This document shows positions 47,384 through 56,815 of a stretch of DNA of 64,000 bases, piece by piece (within the stretch, counting starts at the first letter, position 1; the number at the start of each line of letters is the position of its first letter). The DNA comes from a virus. The stretch covers positions 32,001 to 96,000 of the IMG/VR virus record IMGVR_UViG_3300036861_001052, one strand, 5' to 3'. The notes beneath the pieces were generated by a model. The model saw only the letters and a program-made list of their open reading frames with translations, did not search any database and was not told the origin of the DNA. The translations under genes were made by a program, and so were the position numbers.

Positions 47384-48105
47384 TGTCGAGCAGGTTCCAG
47401 AGTCTCAGGCCTCCGTACCCGGTCTACGAGTCGCAACCGATCTTCGGCGGGGACTTGCCGACGATCGACGAGATCGGTCCGCCCGACGTCCGGGCTTCCG
47501 CCACGAACCCCTACTACGACATGTATCGTGGTGCGCACGGTCGGAATTTCTCTGGCCTCGGAGTAACCAACATGATGAGTGCAGACCGCGGTCTCCAGGA
47601 TTACCCGAACGAGCTAGATCTCCTGGCGGAGATGGACGACGTGCAAGGCAACGGCGTCTTCGATCCGCACGGCTCGCACGGAAACATCCATCCCGACGAG
47701 GGCGTCTTCGCCGATCACGAAAACCTCCCGGGCTATCTCGTCCGGGACGAGTACTACGCCCCGAGCCAGGTCATCGACGGCACGACGGGCGAGCCCGTGA
47801 TGTACGTGCCGGGCGGAGCCGTGGCGATCGATCAGTCGCAGCTCGACACCTACCGCGACCGGCAGCTCCTCTGGGAGATCCCGCCCGGGATGAGCGCTGA
47901 GCACCGAGAGGCGCCGCCGGACGGCGAGACGTGGATCCCACACGAGTACTCGTGGCCCATCTCGGGCATCGGCGAGGAGATTTCCCCGCCGGGGAGCGAC
48001 ACGGCGTCGCTTCCGGGGCAGAAGAGCAAGGTGCCGCTGATTGCGTCGTTCGCGATCATCGGCGTCGCCGTCGGAGTCTTCGTCGCAACACTGGTGAAGA
48101 AATGA
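47383..48105 (+). CDS. Tail-anchored virion protein
   Basis: SGLG, SGIG motifs; C-terminal TM + KK. Confidence 0.75.
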   Translation: MSSRFQSLRPPYPVYESQPIFGGDLPTIDEIGPPDVRASATNPYYDMYRGAHGRNFSGLGVTNMMSADRGLQDYPNELDLLAEMDDVQGNGVFDPHGSHGNIHPDEGVFADHENLPGYLVRDEYYAPSQVIDGTTGEPVMYVPGGAVAIDQSQLDTYRDRQLLWEIPPGMSAEHREAPPDGETWIPHEYSWPISGIGEEISPPGSDTASLPGQKSKVPLIASFAIIGVAVGVFVATLVKK

Positions 48106-48512
48106 GCGGAGCCTACCAAAGCATTCTGCCGGAGTTCGATGTGTTCAGGTCGCCGGGTCCCGTGAGGGAGCCTCCCGGAGGTCAGATGCTCGGCGGCGTA
48201 AAGCCCCATCGCGCCGCCGCCTTCATCCTGAATCCCGGCGTTGCCGCGATGCGGGGCCTCGGGCAAACCGAGACGCCTGGCGCTCCGCCCGCGCCGGTCA
48301 TGCCGCCGGAGCCAAAGAAGCTTCCCGTGTGGGCCGCGGTCGGGATCTTGGGGCTCGTCGGATACCTCGGATACGAGATCGGGAGCGCGATGACGCCTTC
48401 CGGATCCAAGAAGACGACGTGGGGTCTCATCGGGATCCCCGTGACGCTTTTCACGGGCCCCTTGGGCCTCGGCGTGATGGGGATCGTCTCCAATCACCAG
48501 AGGAGAAGCTGA
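48102..48512 (+). CDS. Membrane protein
   Basis: MRGLGQ, then TM helices. Confidence 0.75.
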   Translation: MSGAYQSILPEFDVFRSPGPVREPPGGQMLGGVKPHRAAAFILNPGVAAMRGLGQTETPGAPPAPVMPPEPKKLPVWAAVGILGLVGYLGYEIGSAMTPSGSKKTTWGLIGIPVTLFTGPLGLGVMGIVSNHQRRS

Positions 48513-48515
48513 GCC

Positions 48516-48797
48516 ATGAGAGGCATTGGAGCGTACTCACTAACCACGGCGAGTCATCCAGATCCAACCGGAATGCGGTGCGGAGACGGGAGGACCGCTA
48601 TCAAGGAGTCGAACGGTAGCATCTGGTGCTACTCCGATGCCGAGCTCGCTGCGCTCAGGGCAGCTGGTGCTGGCGTTACGGTGCGCAACGCGACTCCATT
48701 CGAGCGGTTTACCCATTCGCTCACGGAAGTTCCGTGGTGGGTCTATGCAGGCATTGGCGCTGGTGGACTCTGGTTCTTGTTGGGGAGGAAGCACTAA
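48516..48797 (+). CDS. Tail-anchored protein
   Basis: Starts MRGIG; PWWVYAGIGAGGLWFLLGRKH anchor. Confidence 0.7.
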   Translation: MRGIGAYSLTTASHPDPTGMRCGDGRTAIKESNGSIWCYSDAELAALRAAGAGVTVRNATPFERFTHSLTEVPWWVYAGIGAGGLWFLLGRKH

Positions 48798-49123
48798 TGG
48801 GCTGCGGTTGCTCGGCGCCTCTCGGTGACTCGATGAACACCTACCAGGGCCCTGTTCCGCCCGGCGTGCCGAATCCGTTCACGCCGATGCTGCACTCGTT
48901 TCCGACGCGCTACCACGGCCCGATCTACACGCGCCCCATGAACCAATTCCCCTGGCGCGAGCGCCCGAACGACTTCGCGCTCGAAGAGGGCATGCAGGGA
49001 CTCGGCGCGGACGACGACAAGGCAATCCCGCCGGCGTGGAAGATGGCCGTCGCCGCGGGCCTCGTGGGCATCACGATCTGGGCCGTCGTCAAATGGGCGG
49101 ACGCCCAGCCAAGGAGGGCGTGA
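48797..49123 (+). CDS. Tail-anchored protein
   Basis: MGCGCSAPLG...MQGLGA, then TM. Confidence 0.72.
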   Translation: MGCGCSAPLGDSMNTYQGPVPPGVPNPFTPMLHSFPTRYHGPIYTRPMNQFPWRERPNDFALEEGMQGLGADDDKAIPPAWKMAVAAGLVGITIWAVVKWADAQPRRA

Positions 49124-49578
49124 TGTACAGGCGCGACGGTCAGCCGATGCCCGAGCACGAAGAGGGCGCCGCCTTCTTCAAGCCGATTGCGGGGCCCGAA
49201 GCGGAGACGGGTCAGATCTGGGGCGTCCAGAAGAATCTCCTCACGCACGGGTTCAATGTGCACGGTCTCGGCGTCCCGGCGATCGATCCCAACACGAGCA
49301 TGATCTCCGACGAGGAGGCCGCGCTCCGGAGCGGAGCGGAGACGCTCCCCGAAGTGAGGATCGAGGGCCAGCCCATGGGCGGCGCAGAGTTCTACGAGAG
49401 CTCCTTCTGGAGACTTCTCGCTGTCGCCGGCATGGCCGTCGGCGCCTACCACGGATACAAGCGGAACAATTCCGTGGGTTGGGGCATCGGCTGGGGACTT
49501 CTCGGCGGACTCGTTCCGATCATCGTGATCCCGATTGCACTCGCACAAGGGATCGGAAAACCCAAAGGCAGGTCGTGA
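49123..49578 (+). CDS. Membrane protein
   Basis: HGLG; GAYHGYKRNNSVGWGIGWGLLGGL...ALAQG hairpin. Confidence 0.75.
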   Translation: MYRRDGQPMPEHEEGAAFFKPIAGPEAETGQIWGVQKNLLTHGFNVHGLGVPAIDPNTSMISDEEAALRSGAETLPEVRIEGQPMGGAEFYESSFWRLLAVAGMAVGAYHGYKRNNSVGWGIGWGLLGGLVPIIVIPIALAQGIGKPKGRS

Positions 49579-50438
49579 TGGACGTCAATACTCGAGGCGG
49601 TCTTTTTGGTCCCGGCGGCTACGGCGGCGGGATCTTCGACGGATCCCAGATGGGCTTCGGAGGGCTCGGACAGTCCGAGCAGGCCGCGGCCGGCATCGGC
49701 CTCGGCGCGACGACCGGCGCCTTTCAGTGGTGCAGCAAGACGAGCCCGTGCGCGACCGGCGATCCGAGGGTGAAGTCTCTTCAGACGGCGCTTAACCGCG
49801 TGCTCGCGGCGCACGGCATGAAGCCGCTCGTCGTCGACGGGAAATTCGGCGCGGCGACGTGCGGCGCCATGGTGTGGCTCGCGGCCGTGCCGGTCGCCGA
49901 GTGGCAGAACGACCCCGTTCTCTCGTCGGCGCACGACTACATGATCGACGCGAGTGGCCACGCCGTGTGCCAGTCGTACACGGCTCCGACCCGGGTCGGA
50001 TCCACGACGCCGGTCGACATCAACAAGGAGATCGGGATCCAGCTCCCGAGCGTGTCGGCGCCCTGGATGCAGCCGAATGGAGATCTGCCGGGCCTGCAGC
50101 AGGGGATCAATCACGATCTCTCCGAGCACGGATTCGATCCGATCTCCGTGACGGGCATGCTCGACGCAGAGACCTGCGGAGCGATGCTCTACGCGAAGGA
50201 ACACTGGGGGATGAGCGAGTACCTCCAGCGCTACGGCCAGAACTGCCAGGCGTTCACGGCGCCGCACCAGCACGCCGTGCCGGTAACGCCCGGGCCTGCG
50301 CCCACGCACGACGAGGAAACGCCGCACGCGGCGGTCGGCGCGAAGAAGAGCGGCGTCTCGACGGCGTGGGTTCTCGGCGGCCTTGCTGCCGCGGCGGGCG
50401 TCGCGGGTCTGGTCGCCATGAACAAGAAGAGGCGCTAG
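49578..50438 (+). CDS. Tail-anchored protein with two peptidoglycan-binding-like domains
   Basis: VKSLQTALN...VDGKFGAATCGA and LQQGIN...VTGMLDAETCGA; GGLG, GIGLG; TM + NKKRR. Confidence 0.75.
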   Translation: MDVNTRGGLFGPGGYGGGIFDGSQMGFGGLGQSEQAAAGIGLGATTGAFQWCSKTSPCATGDPRVKSLQTALNRVLAAHGMKPLVVDGKFGAATCGAMVWLAAVPVAEWQNDPVLSSAHDYMIDASGHAVCQSYTAPTRVGSTTPVDINKEIGIQLPSVSAPWMQPNGDLPGLQQGINHDLSEHGFDPISVTGMLDAETCGAMLYAKEHWGMSEYLQRYGQNCQAFTAPHQHAVPVTPGPAPTHDEETPHAAVGAKKSGVSTAWVLGGLAAAAGVAGLVAMNKKRR

Positions 50439-51049
50439 TGTCGAACTTCGGTCCCATCGCGTACGAAGACTTCTCCCAGCTGAACGCTCGGTGGGGAGAG
50501 GCGCGGCCTGCCGTTGCCGGTCTCGGCGTCGTGTCGGGGCCGCACGACTACGTCGATCTCTCCTACCTGAACGCCCACTACCGGCCGATCCAGCCGGCGG
50601 GCGTCGGCATGGGAAACGGGATCCTCTCCTCGAACTCGCTCGGCATGCTGTCGGGCGGAGGGCTCGGCGAAGATCCGAGCTATCCCTGGCGGGAGTACAG
50701 CGCGGACACGAAGGCGCTCCAGCAAGCGACCAACGAGGCCCTCCAGGCGCACGGCTACGCCCCGATCACGGCCGACGGAAAGCTCGGGCCCGCGACGTGC
50801 GGCGCCATCCGCGCCATGTGCCAGTACGCCGGCGCGGGCTGCGAGGCTCCGGGGACCTGTCAGGACTTCGCGGCGCCTGTGAAGGCTGGCGGCGGCTCGC
50901 TCCTCTCGAAGTCGACCGGGACGAAGACGACGACCGCGTCGCGCGCGAGCATGTTCGGGGGCGGCGGCACGAACTGGATGCTCATCGGCGGCGCGATCGC
51001 TGCGGTCGCGGTCGGCGGCGCCATCATCTACAAGGCGGCGAAGAAATAG
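50438..51049 (+). CDS. Tail-anchored protein with a peptidoglycan-binding-like domain
   Basis: AGLG, GMG, GGLG; KALQQATN...ADGKLGPATCGA; TM + KAAKK. Confidence 0.75.
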   Translation: MSNFGPIAYEDFSQLNARWGEARPAVAGLGVVSGPHDYVDLSYLNAHYRPIQPAGVGMGNGILSSNSLGMLSGGGLGEDPSYPWREYSADTKALQQATNEALQAHGYAPITADGKLGPATCGAIRAMCQYAGAGCEAPGTCQDFAAPVKAGGGSLLSKSTGTKTTTASRASMFGGGGTNWMLIGGAIAAVAVGGAIIYKAAKK

Positions 51050-51421
51050 ATGCCGACTCCGATCGACGTCGTGCAGTCCCGGCTCGGTGTCCCGCGATCG
51101 GGACACTGGGATAGGACCACCGACGGGGCGATCCTCGCCTACCAGTCGAGCGGCAAGGGTCAGTACCCGATGCGGCCGACGGGGCATCCCGATCCGGCGA
51201 CGCTCGCCAATCTCGGCTACTTCGATCCCAAAGAGATGCTCCCCGAGCGCTGGGCGAACTACCTCGGGGGCGGGGCTAAACCGGGGACGTTCGGGAGGGA
51301 CGTCCGGACGGCGATCGATCAGGTCCCGCGCTGGGCGTGGGGCACGGTTGCCGCGGCGTTTTCGGTGTTCGCGATCATGGCGTACCGGACCGATCGAAAG
51401 CGCGAGAAAGGCGGCCGCTAG
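51050..51421 (+). CDS. Tail-anchored protein with a peptidoglycan-binding-like domain
   Basis: VQSRLGV..SGHWD..T..AILAYQ...TGHPDPATLANL; C-terminal TM. Confidence 0.65.
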   Translation: MPTPIDVVQSRLGVPRSGHWDRTTDGAILAYQSSGKGQYPMRPTGHPDPATLANLGYFDPKEMLPERWANYLGGGAKPGTFGRDVRTAIDQVPRWAWGTVAAAFSVFAIMAYRTDRKREKGGR

Positions 51422-52302
51422 TGCTCGGAGATCTCGCCGACATGTACGACGAGCTCGCCGGAGCTCCGGGGATCCCGTGGGCGGGCCTCACGGCCGACGG
51501 CCACGGCATCGAGGAGAACGGCTACGACCCGACGTACATGGACTACATGCTCAAAGACGGAGCGGAGTTCTTCGGCGTCGTCGGAAGCCTCGGCCCGGAC
51601 TTCGTAGCGAAGTATCGGACGCTCCGTGAAGATGAAGGGCGCGCGAGCGTGACGCGCATCATGGCGATCATCGATCAGATGGGCACCGACGTCTGGCAGG
51701 CGGTGAAAGACGGCGACTGGGACGCCTTCGTGGCCTTGCCGCGAACGACGACCGTCGATGCGTTCGCGGCGCTTGCGGCCGCTGCCGCCAACGGCGCCTT
51801 CCTCCACTACGACGGCATCATGGAAGCGGCGATGCGGGCGAAGAAGCTCAAGCCCGCCGAGGTCGTCTCCCACGCGAACAACGTGACGAAGGTCTTTCAG
51901 ACGTTCGTGGACCTCGACAAGAACGGTCACTTCGCCGACTTGAAGAAGAAGCCGCCGCCCGTGGCGGGTCTCGGCCTCGCGCCGGCTCTCATTGCGGCCA
52001 TCGTCGCCATCGGCGTCGTGCTGCTCCTCGGGCTCTGCTATCTCATCTACGTCATAAAGCTCGCCGCCCCTGCGCAGCAGAAGGCGCTCGAGTGGTGCGA
52101 CAAGGTTGCCAAGGAGGGATCCAAGGAAGACGCGATGGCGTGCGCAAATCTCGCCGCCAGCATGGAGCAAAAGGGAAACCCGCTCCTCGGTAACATCTTC
52201 GCCCAGGCGCTCACTCCGATTTTCGTGGTGCTCGCCATCGGTGCGGCATTCTGGATCGCGCCGACGGTCATTCAGGGGATTCGCAAAACTCGAGCCGCGT
52301 GA
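51421..52302 (+). CDS. Membrane protein with two TM helices
   Basis: VAGLGLAP directly before the first TM. Confidence 0.72.
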   Translation: MLGDLADMYDELAGAPGIPWAGLTADGHGIEENGYDPTYMDYMLKDGAEFFGVVGSLGPDFVAKYRTLREDEGRASVTRIMAIIDQMGTDVWQAVKDGDWDAFVALPRTTTVDAFAALAAAAANGAFLHYDGIMEAAMRAKKLKPAEVVSHANNVTKVFQTFVDLDKNGHFADLKKKPPPVAGLGLAPALIAAIVAIGVVLLLGLCYLIYVIKLAAPAQQKALEWCDKVAKEGSKEDAMACANLAASMEQKGNPLLGNIFAQALTPIFVVLAIGAAFWIAPTVIQGIRKTRAA

Positions 52303-52652
52303 TGTCGACGCTCATCTACTCGAGGTGGCGTCCGGACGAAGGTGGCTACGACTACTTTCAGTCCTCGCTCCGCCAGAACATCAACGACGATCTGCCCGCG
52401 CCCGAGCTCGTGGCCTCGAAGATCGGCGTGCCGTCGATCGAGGCGGGGCGGCCCATTCCGAATGACTCGGTGCCCATCGGAAGCGGCGAGGTGGCAGTGG
52501 GCCTCGTCGCCCCGGTCGACAGCTCGCGCATCGTCCGGAGGACGCGGTCCCTTTCCGGGAGCGATCCCATGAGCGTCTACAAGAGCCCGTGGTTTTATCT
52601 CGGCGGCGCGATCGCCGTCGGCCTCATCTATATGGTCATGAAGGACAAGTGA
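52302..52652 (+). CDS. Tail-anchored protein
   Basis: YDYF motif; C-terminal TM + KDK. Confidence 0.7.
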   Translation: MSTLIYSRWRPDEGGYDYFQSSLRQNINDDLPAPELVASKIGVPSIEAGRPIPNDSVPIGSGEVAVGLVAPVDSSRIVRRTRSLSGSDPMSVYKSPWFYLGGAIAVGLIYMVMKDK

Positions 52653-53218
52653 TGACGGTCCGGGTCATAGAAACCAAGGACGTCGCTACGAAAACGTTCG
52701 AGACGTTTTACGATCGGCCAAGCAAGAGGGAGATCCCGCTCGAGTTCGGGTGGCCGAAGGAGCTCCAGGAGGTCGGCGTCGGCAAAGCGGAGATGTACAC
52801 CTCGAACAAGTGGAAAAAGAGCCGCTCGGACTTCGAGGACTACAAGCACGTCGCCGAGGGCCTTCGCACGGTGTACGCCGAGCCCGGCTTTCTGCGAGTT
52901 GGCGCGCACCCGGCGCGCATGATGCCGGTCTACGGACCGATGGCGAGCTTCGAGGAGCCGATGCCGAAGCACTTCGCGAGGCTCGGGCCGCTTCTCGGTG
53001 TGCAGGTCAGGCTCTACGACCGGGACGACAAGGGTGAGCTCTACGTGCCGGGCGGCGACGATCGGGTCTACGAGGTCGAGATTGCGCGCGCCTGGCTCGG
53101 CTCGGCCAGGCACCCAGGCACCAAAGAGACCTTCCTCTTCGTGTACACTCCGGATGGCGTCCACATGATCCTCACGGGAGACAAGCTCTCCATCGAAAAG
53201 GACGGCATTGCCGGGTGA
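52652..53218 (+). CDS. Soluble putative virion core protein
   Basis: Within the structural operon, no TM; function inferred from context. Confidence 0.6.
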   Translation: MTVRVIETKDVATKTFETFYDRPSKREIPLEFGWPKELQEVGVGKAEMYTSNKWKKSRSDFEDYKHVAEGLRTVYAEPGFLRVGAHPARMMPVYGPMASFEEPMPKHFARLGPLLGVQVRLYDRDDKGELYVPGGDDRVYEVEIARAWLGSARHPGTKETFLFVYTPDGVHMILTGDKLSIEKDGIAG

Positions 53219-55143
53219 CGTATTCTCTCACGGCGTCTGGCCTTTACGTCCCGGAGAGACTCCGGGGCTTGGGCGTCACTCCGCCTCCGCGGATGCCGCT
53301 CCCGCCCGACGCTGGCACTTCGAATAATCCCGCCGACCAGGCGCGCGGCTTCATCCCGCCGGAGGAAGCCGCTGCGGCCCGCAATGCCTACCCGTCGGGG
53401 CAGATGCCGTGGGTACCGACGACGCCGACCGAGGTCGGGCCGTGGGCGAAGGAGCAGGCGAAGCTCTTCGCCTCGAAACAGATCCAGGAGGGCATCGAGC
53501 GCGGTAAGCGGATCTTCGAAGACAAGCTCTCGGGCGCGACCCCGGTCACGGTCGAGCCGTTTCCTCCCATGAAAGAGGACGAGATCGAAGCGTGGGTGAA
53601 GTTTTTCGTCCTTGCCCACGGCTACCCTACGAACGCAGCCGACGGCGTCCGGTTTGCGCGAGAGTTCGTGCTCGCAAACTGCGATCAGATCGGGCTTCCA
53701 CCGGAGTTCATTGCGGCGAGCGATCTGATTCAAAACTTCCCCGACACGCCCGAAGAGGCCGTGACCTGGGCCATTAACCTCGGCTCCTCGTTCCTCGCGT
53801 CGTTCGGCGTGCCGCTCGTGGACGTGTCGGACGCCTCGAGCTTCATCTCCGCGAGCGCGCGGGCGGCCGTTGCTCAGGTCGCTCCGGGCGTGCCGTTTGA
53901 CTTGTTCGAGACGACGTTCGATGCGCTCTCGGACGGGCGCGTGACCTCGGCAGAGGCGAAGGGCATCGTCATCGGCGCCGCGGGCTTCGTCGGCGCCGTG
54001 ATTGGGCAAGCGTTTGGCTTGCCAGCTCCGCTCGGCGCCCTTCTCGGTCAGCTCATCGTCGGAGGCCTGTCCGAGGCATTCGGGTGGGGACCGGACGATT
54101 CGGAAAAGCTCAAGAGCGCGCAGGACGCCGCGGCCGCCGCGGCTGCGACAGCGCACTCGCAGTGCCAAGATCTCTCCATCGCGCTCTGGCTCGAGTACCA
54201 GCACTACTGGGATGCGATCGCAAAGACTCTCGATGCCACCATTCGCCAGAACCAGTCCTGGCTCACGCCAGAAGGCTCCTGCCTCCGAACGAACGGCATC
54301 CGCCTCTTCGGCTCGACGACGCTCGACATCATCCGTGACGGCGCTGGCATGCCCCTCATCACGAACCCCGCCGAAGTGAAGAAGGGCGCGCGGCCGAAGT
54401 ACCGGACCTATCCTGTCAAGATGACGAGGTCGTGCGGCGATGCGCGCGGCTGCCCGTACCTCTCCATGCCGATGGAGAAAATGCTCAGTCGGGATAAGTG
54501 GCCGCTCGCTCCTGACGATCTCCGCCGTGTGCCGTCGATCTCCGCCGGCTCGGCGGGATGCGACGCCACGGGCGCGCTCCTCTTCTGGGGAGCTCGCCGG
54601 TACGTTAATCCCATGCATGTCTTTTACGCCATGCAAGGGAAAGCCAATCAGTGGGTCGAGCCCGACACGTACCGAGCGACCGAGCTCTCGAGCCGGAACG
54701 TCCGCCGCTGGGAAGAAATCGTGCACTCGGACTACGACTACCTCTCGTCGGTCGTCGGCTACGTCGGCACGATCAACTTCGGCACGGCCGTGAGCGAGTG
54801 TCCGGCGCCGGCGTGGGCGGCGTTCATGTTCAAGTCGCTGGAGCAAGCGGCGGCAGCGGTTGCGCTCGTGCAGCGGGATCTCGCGCGCACGGTCTCCGCG
54901 GCGACGACCGAGTACGGAATCAAGTACCACATGGAGCAGGCGGCCCAGGTAAACTGGGAAGTCGCGACCACAACGCAAAAGCGCCAAGCCGCGCGCCAGG
55001 TTGCCGCGCAGGCAGCGGGTCTCCGGCACGCGGTCGTGGAAGCGAAGCGGCGCGGTCGCGAAAAGTCCGACCTCTTGAATTACGGCCTCCTCGCTGCGGG
55101 CGGCGCGGCCGTCTTCGGGCTAGCTCTCGGGAGCAAGCGATGA
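53215..55143 (+). CDS. Large membrane protein (candidate DNA-entry/pilot protein)
   Basis: RGLG near N-terminus, central Gly/Ala hydrophobic hairpin, paired Cys, C-terminal TM + SKR. Confidence 0.7.
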   Translation: MTYSLTASGLYVPERLRGLGVTPPPRMPLPPDAGTSNNPADQARGFIPPEEAAAARNAYPSGQMPWVPTTPTEVGPWAKEQAKLFASKQIQEGIERGKRIFEDKLSGATPVTVEPFPPMKEDEIEAWVKFFVLAHGYPTNAADGVRFAREFVLANCDQIGLPPEFIAASDLIQNFPDTPEEAVTWAINLGSSFLASFGVPLVDVSDASSFISASARAAVAQVAPGVPFDLFETTFDALSDGRVTSAEAKGIVIGAAGFVGAVIGQAFGLPAPLGALLGQLIVGGLSEAFGWGPDDSEKLKSAQDAAAAAAATAHSQCQDLSIALWLEYQHYWDAIAKTLDATIRQNQSWLTPEGSCLRTNGIRLFGSTTLDIIRDGAGMPLITNPAEVKKGARPKYRTYPVKMTRSCGDARGCPYLSMPMEKMLSRDKWPLAPDDLRRVPSISAGSAGCDATGALLFWGARRYVNPMHVFYAMQGKANQWVEPDTYRATELSSRNVRRWEEIVHSDYDYLSSVVGYVGTINFGTAVSECPAPAWAAFMFKSLEQAAAAVALVQRDLARTVSAATTEYGIKYHMEQAAQVNWEVATTTQKRQAARQVAAQAAGLRHAVVEAKRRGREKSDLLNYGLLAAGGAAVFGLALGSKR

Positions 55144-55289
55144 CCGACGCCGACGTGAAGAAGGCCCTCCTGGCGATCGCCGCCGAGCTCAAGCGCCAGG
55201 AGCACGCGGAGATCCGCCTCGGCATCATCGGTCTCATCGGACTCGGTCTCATCGGAACCGCTGGCTACTTCCTCTGGAGGAAGCGGTGA
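55140..55289 (+). CDS. 49-aa tail-anchored protein
   Basis: ATGA/GTGA overlaps on both sides; TM + WRKR. Confidence 0.65.
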   Translation: MTDADVKKALLAIAAELKRQEHAEIRLGIIGLIGLGLIGTAGYFLWRKR

Positions 55290-56335
55290 CCTACAGCGGG
55301 CTAGGATTCGGCTTCTTCACGGAGCCGTGCGGCATCAACGTGGAAGGCACGGATCATTTCGTGGCCGGCCCGACCTATCAGGCGCTCGAGACCGTGGCGC
55401 AGGACACCGTCACCGTGCTCCTTTCGGGGCACGGCAACGTGCAGCTCTGCGGAAATCTCCTCCCCTACGTGGCTCCGGCTCCAGGAGTAGCGGCCGTCTT
55501 CGGGGCGCACGAGCAAACGGCGCGGCTGATTGCAGCGACCGTGCTCGCTTCGCTCATGGAGCAAGAGAGGAGGAAGGCCCACGGGACTCGAGCCTCGACC
55601 CGCATGCTCGCCGAGAGGCTCGTCCCGGAGATCGTGCAGACGCTGACGCACAACGGAGACCCCGCGGCCTGTCAGATCGAGTTCGAGGCGTCGTTTCGGA
55701 ACTGGTCGGGCCTCTCGGCGCTGAAAGTGCCGACGACGGTCTCGAAGACCGGCTGGTGCGAGAAGAGCCTCGCTCTGCCGTGGGATAGTGCCGGCCACAT
55801 CCGGTCGTGCGAGGCGCAAGCGATCTGCAAATCTGTCATCGGCGCGGGCGGGGCGATCCAGTACGTCACGAGCCCTCCGCCGGCTCCGACCGATCCGCGC
55901 GTGGCCGCGAGCGCGCCCGGGACGACGCCGTCGCCGCCTCCGACGAAAGCGGAGATCGAGGCGGAAGTCCGCCGGAAGATGGTGGCGAGCGGAGAGACCG
56001 TAGCGGACCGAGAGAACAAGCAGGAGTTCACAGAGCTCGCGGCGTACTTGAAGGCGCTCGGAGAGGCGCGGCGCTACCTCACGATGGCGCTCGGGATCCC
56101 GGACAAGTCGACCGACGCGGCCGTAGCCGCGGCGCTCGGTCACGAGGGGATCGCCACGGCAGAGGTGCTCGACTGGTTTTTGGGCTGTAACTTCGAGCCC
56201 GGCTGCTTTCGCGAGCAGATGAATCTCTCGCTCGGCGAGGCGAGGCGCTACTCGAGAGACACGCGCGCGAAGATCGCTGTCGCCGTGGGAGGAGTCCTCG
56301 CCGTGGGATTTCTCCTCTTTAGGTGGAGACGCTGA
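55286..56335 (+). CDS. Cys-containing tail-anchored protein
   Basis: Starts MTYSGLG; TM + RWRR. Confidence 0.72.
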   Translation: MTYSGLGFGFFTEPCGINVEGTDHFVAGPTYQALETVAQDTVTVLLSGHGNVQLCGNLLPYVAPAPGVAAVFGAHEQTARLIAATVLASLMEQERRKAHGTRASTRMLAERLVPEIVQTLTHNGDPAACQIEFEASFRNWSGLSALKVPTTVSKTGWCEKSLALPWDSAGHIRSCEAQAICKSVIGAGGAIQYVTSPPPAPTDPRVAASAPGTTPSPPPTKAEIEAEVRRKMVASGETVADRENKQEFTELAAYLKALGEARRYLTMALGIPDKSTDAAVAAALGHEGIATAEVLDWFLGCNFEPGCFREQMNLSLGEARRYSRDTRAKIAVAVGGVLAVGFLLFRWRR

Positions 56336-56694
56336 TGCCGCCGCCACCACTCTTGAAGGCGCCGAGCTGGGAGCAGGGGCGCCCCGCGCGAAACCTCGCG
56401 TACGTTGCCGTGCTTTTACAGGAAGCACACATCGACCCGAAGAAGATCCCGAAAGGTCAGGTCATCTTTGCGCTGGCAACGCCGTACGAGCAGCGCGGCG
56501 TGACGGGCAGAGACATCGAGCGCTGGGCGCTCGAATGCGATCCGGCTAAAAAGCCCGCCTGGGATCCGGTCGAGTGCTTCCGAAAGAAGGCCCGGGCGGC
56601 GATGGCGCCACGGCCAGGGCTCGGCACCAAGGTCGCGCTCATCGCCGGAGCCTCGTTTGTGGCGGCTTTTGGCCTTGCGCGCTGGCTCCGGTAG
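56335..56694 (+). CDS. Tail-anchored protein
   Basis: PGLG directly before TM + RWLR. Confidence 0.68.
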   Translation: MPPPPLLKAPSWEQGRPARNLAYVAVLLQEAHIDPKKIPKGQVIFALATPYEQRGVTGRDIERWALECDPAKKPAWDPVECFRKKARAAMAPRPGLGTKVALIAGASFVAAFGLARWLR

Positions 56695-56722
56695 CCCTTC
56701 CGGCCCGAGGGAAACGCCGGTG

Positions 56723-56751
56723 TTGACGGCGTTTCGGGCAGAGGCTAGTCT
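56723..56751 (+). promoter_or_regulatory. sigma70-type promoter of the core/capsid operon
   Basis: TTGACG-17-TAGTCT; the -35 box is flanked by a GAAACGCCG/CGGCGTTTC inverted repeat. Confidence 0.65.
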
Positions 56752-56815
56752 CAGTTCTTAGTTAGCGGGCGCCTTCCCGACGCCTCGCGACCCCTAGTGG
56801 TTTGCGAGAAGAGTC

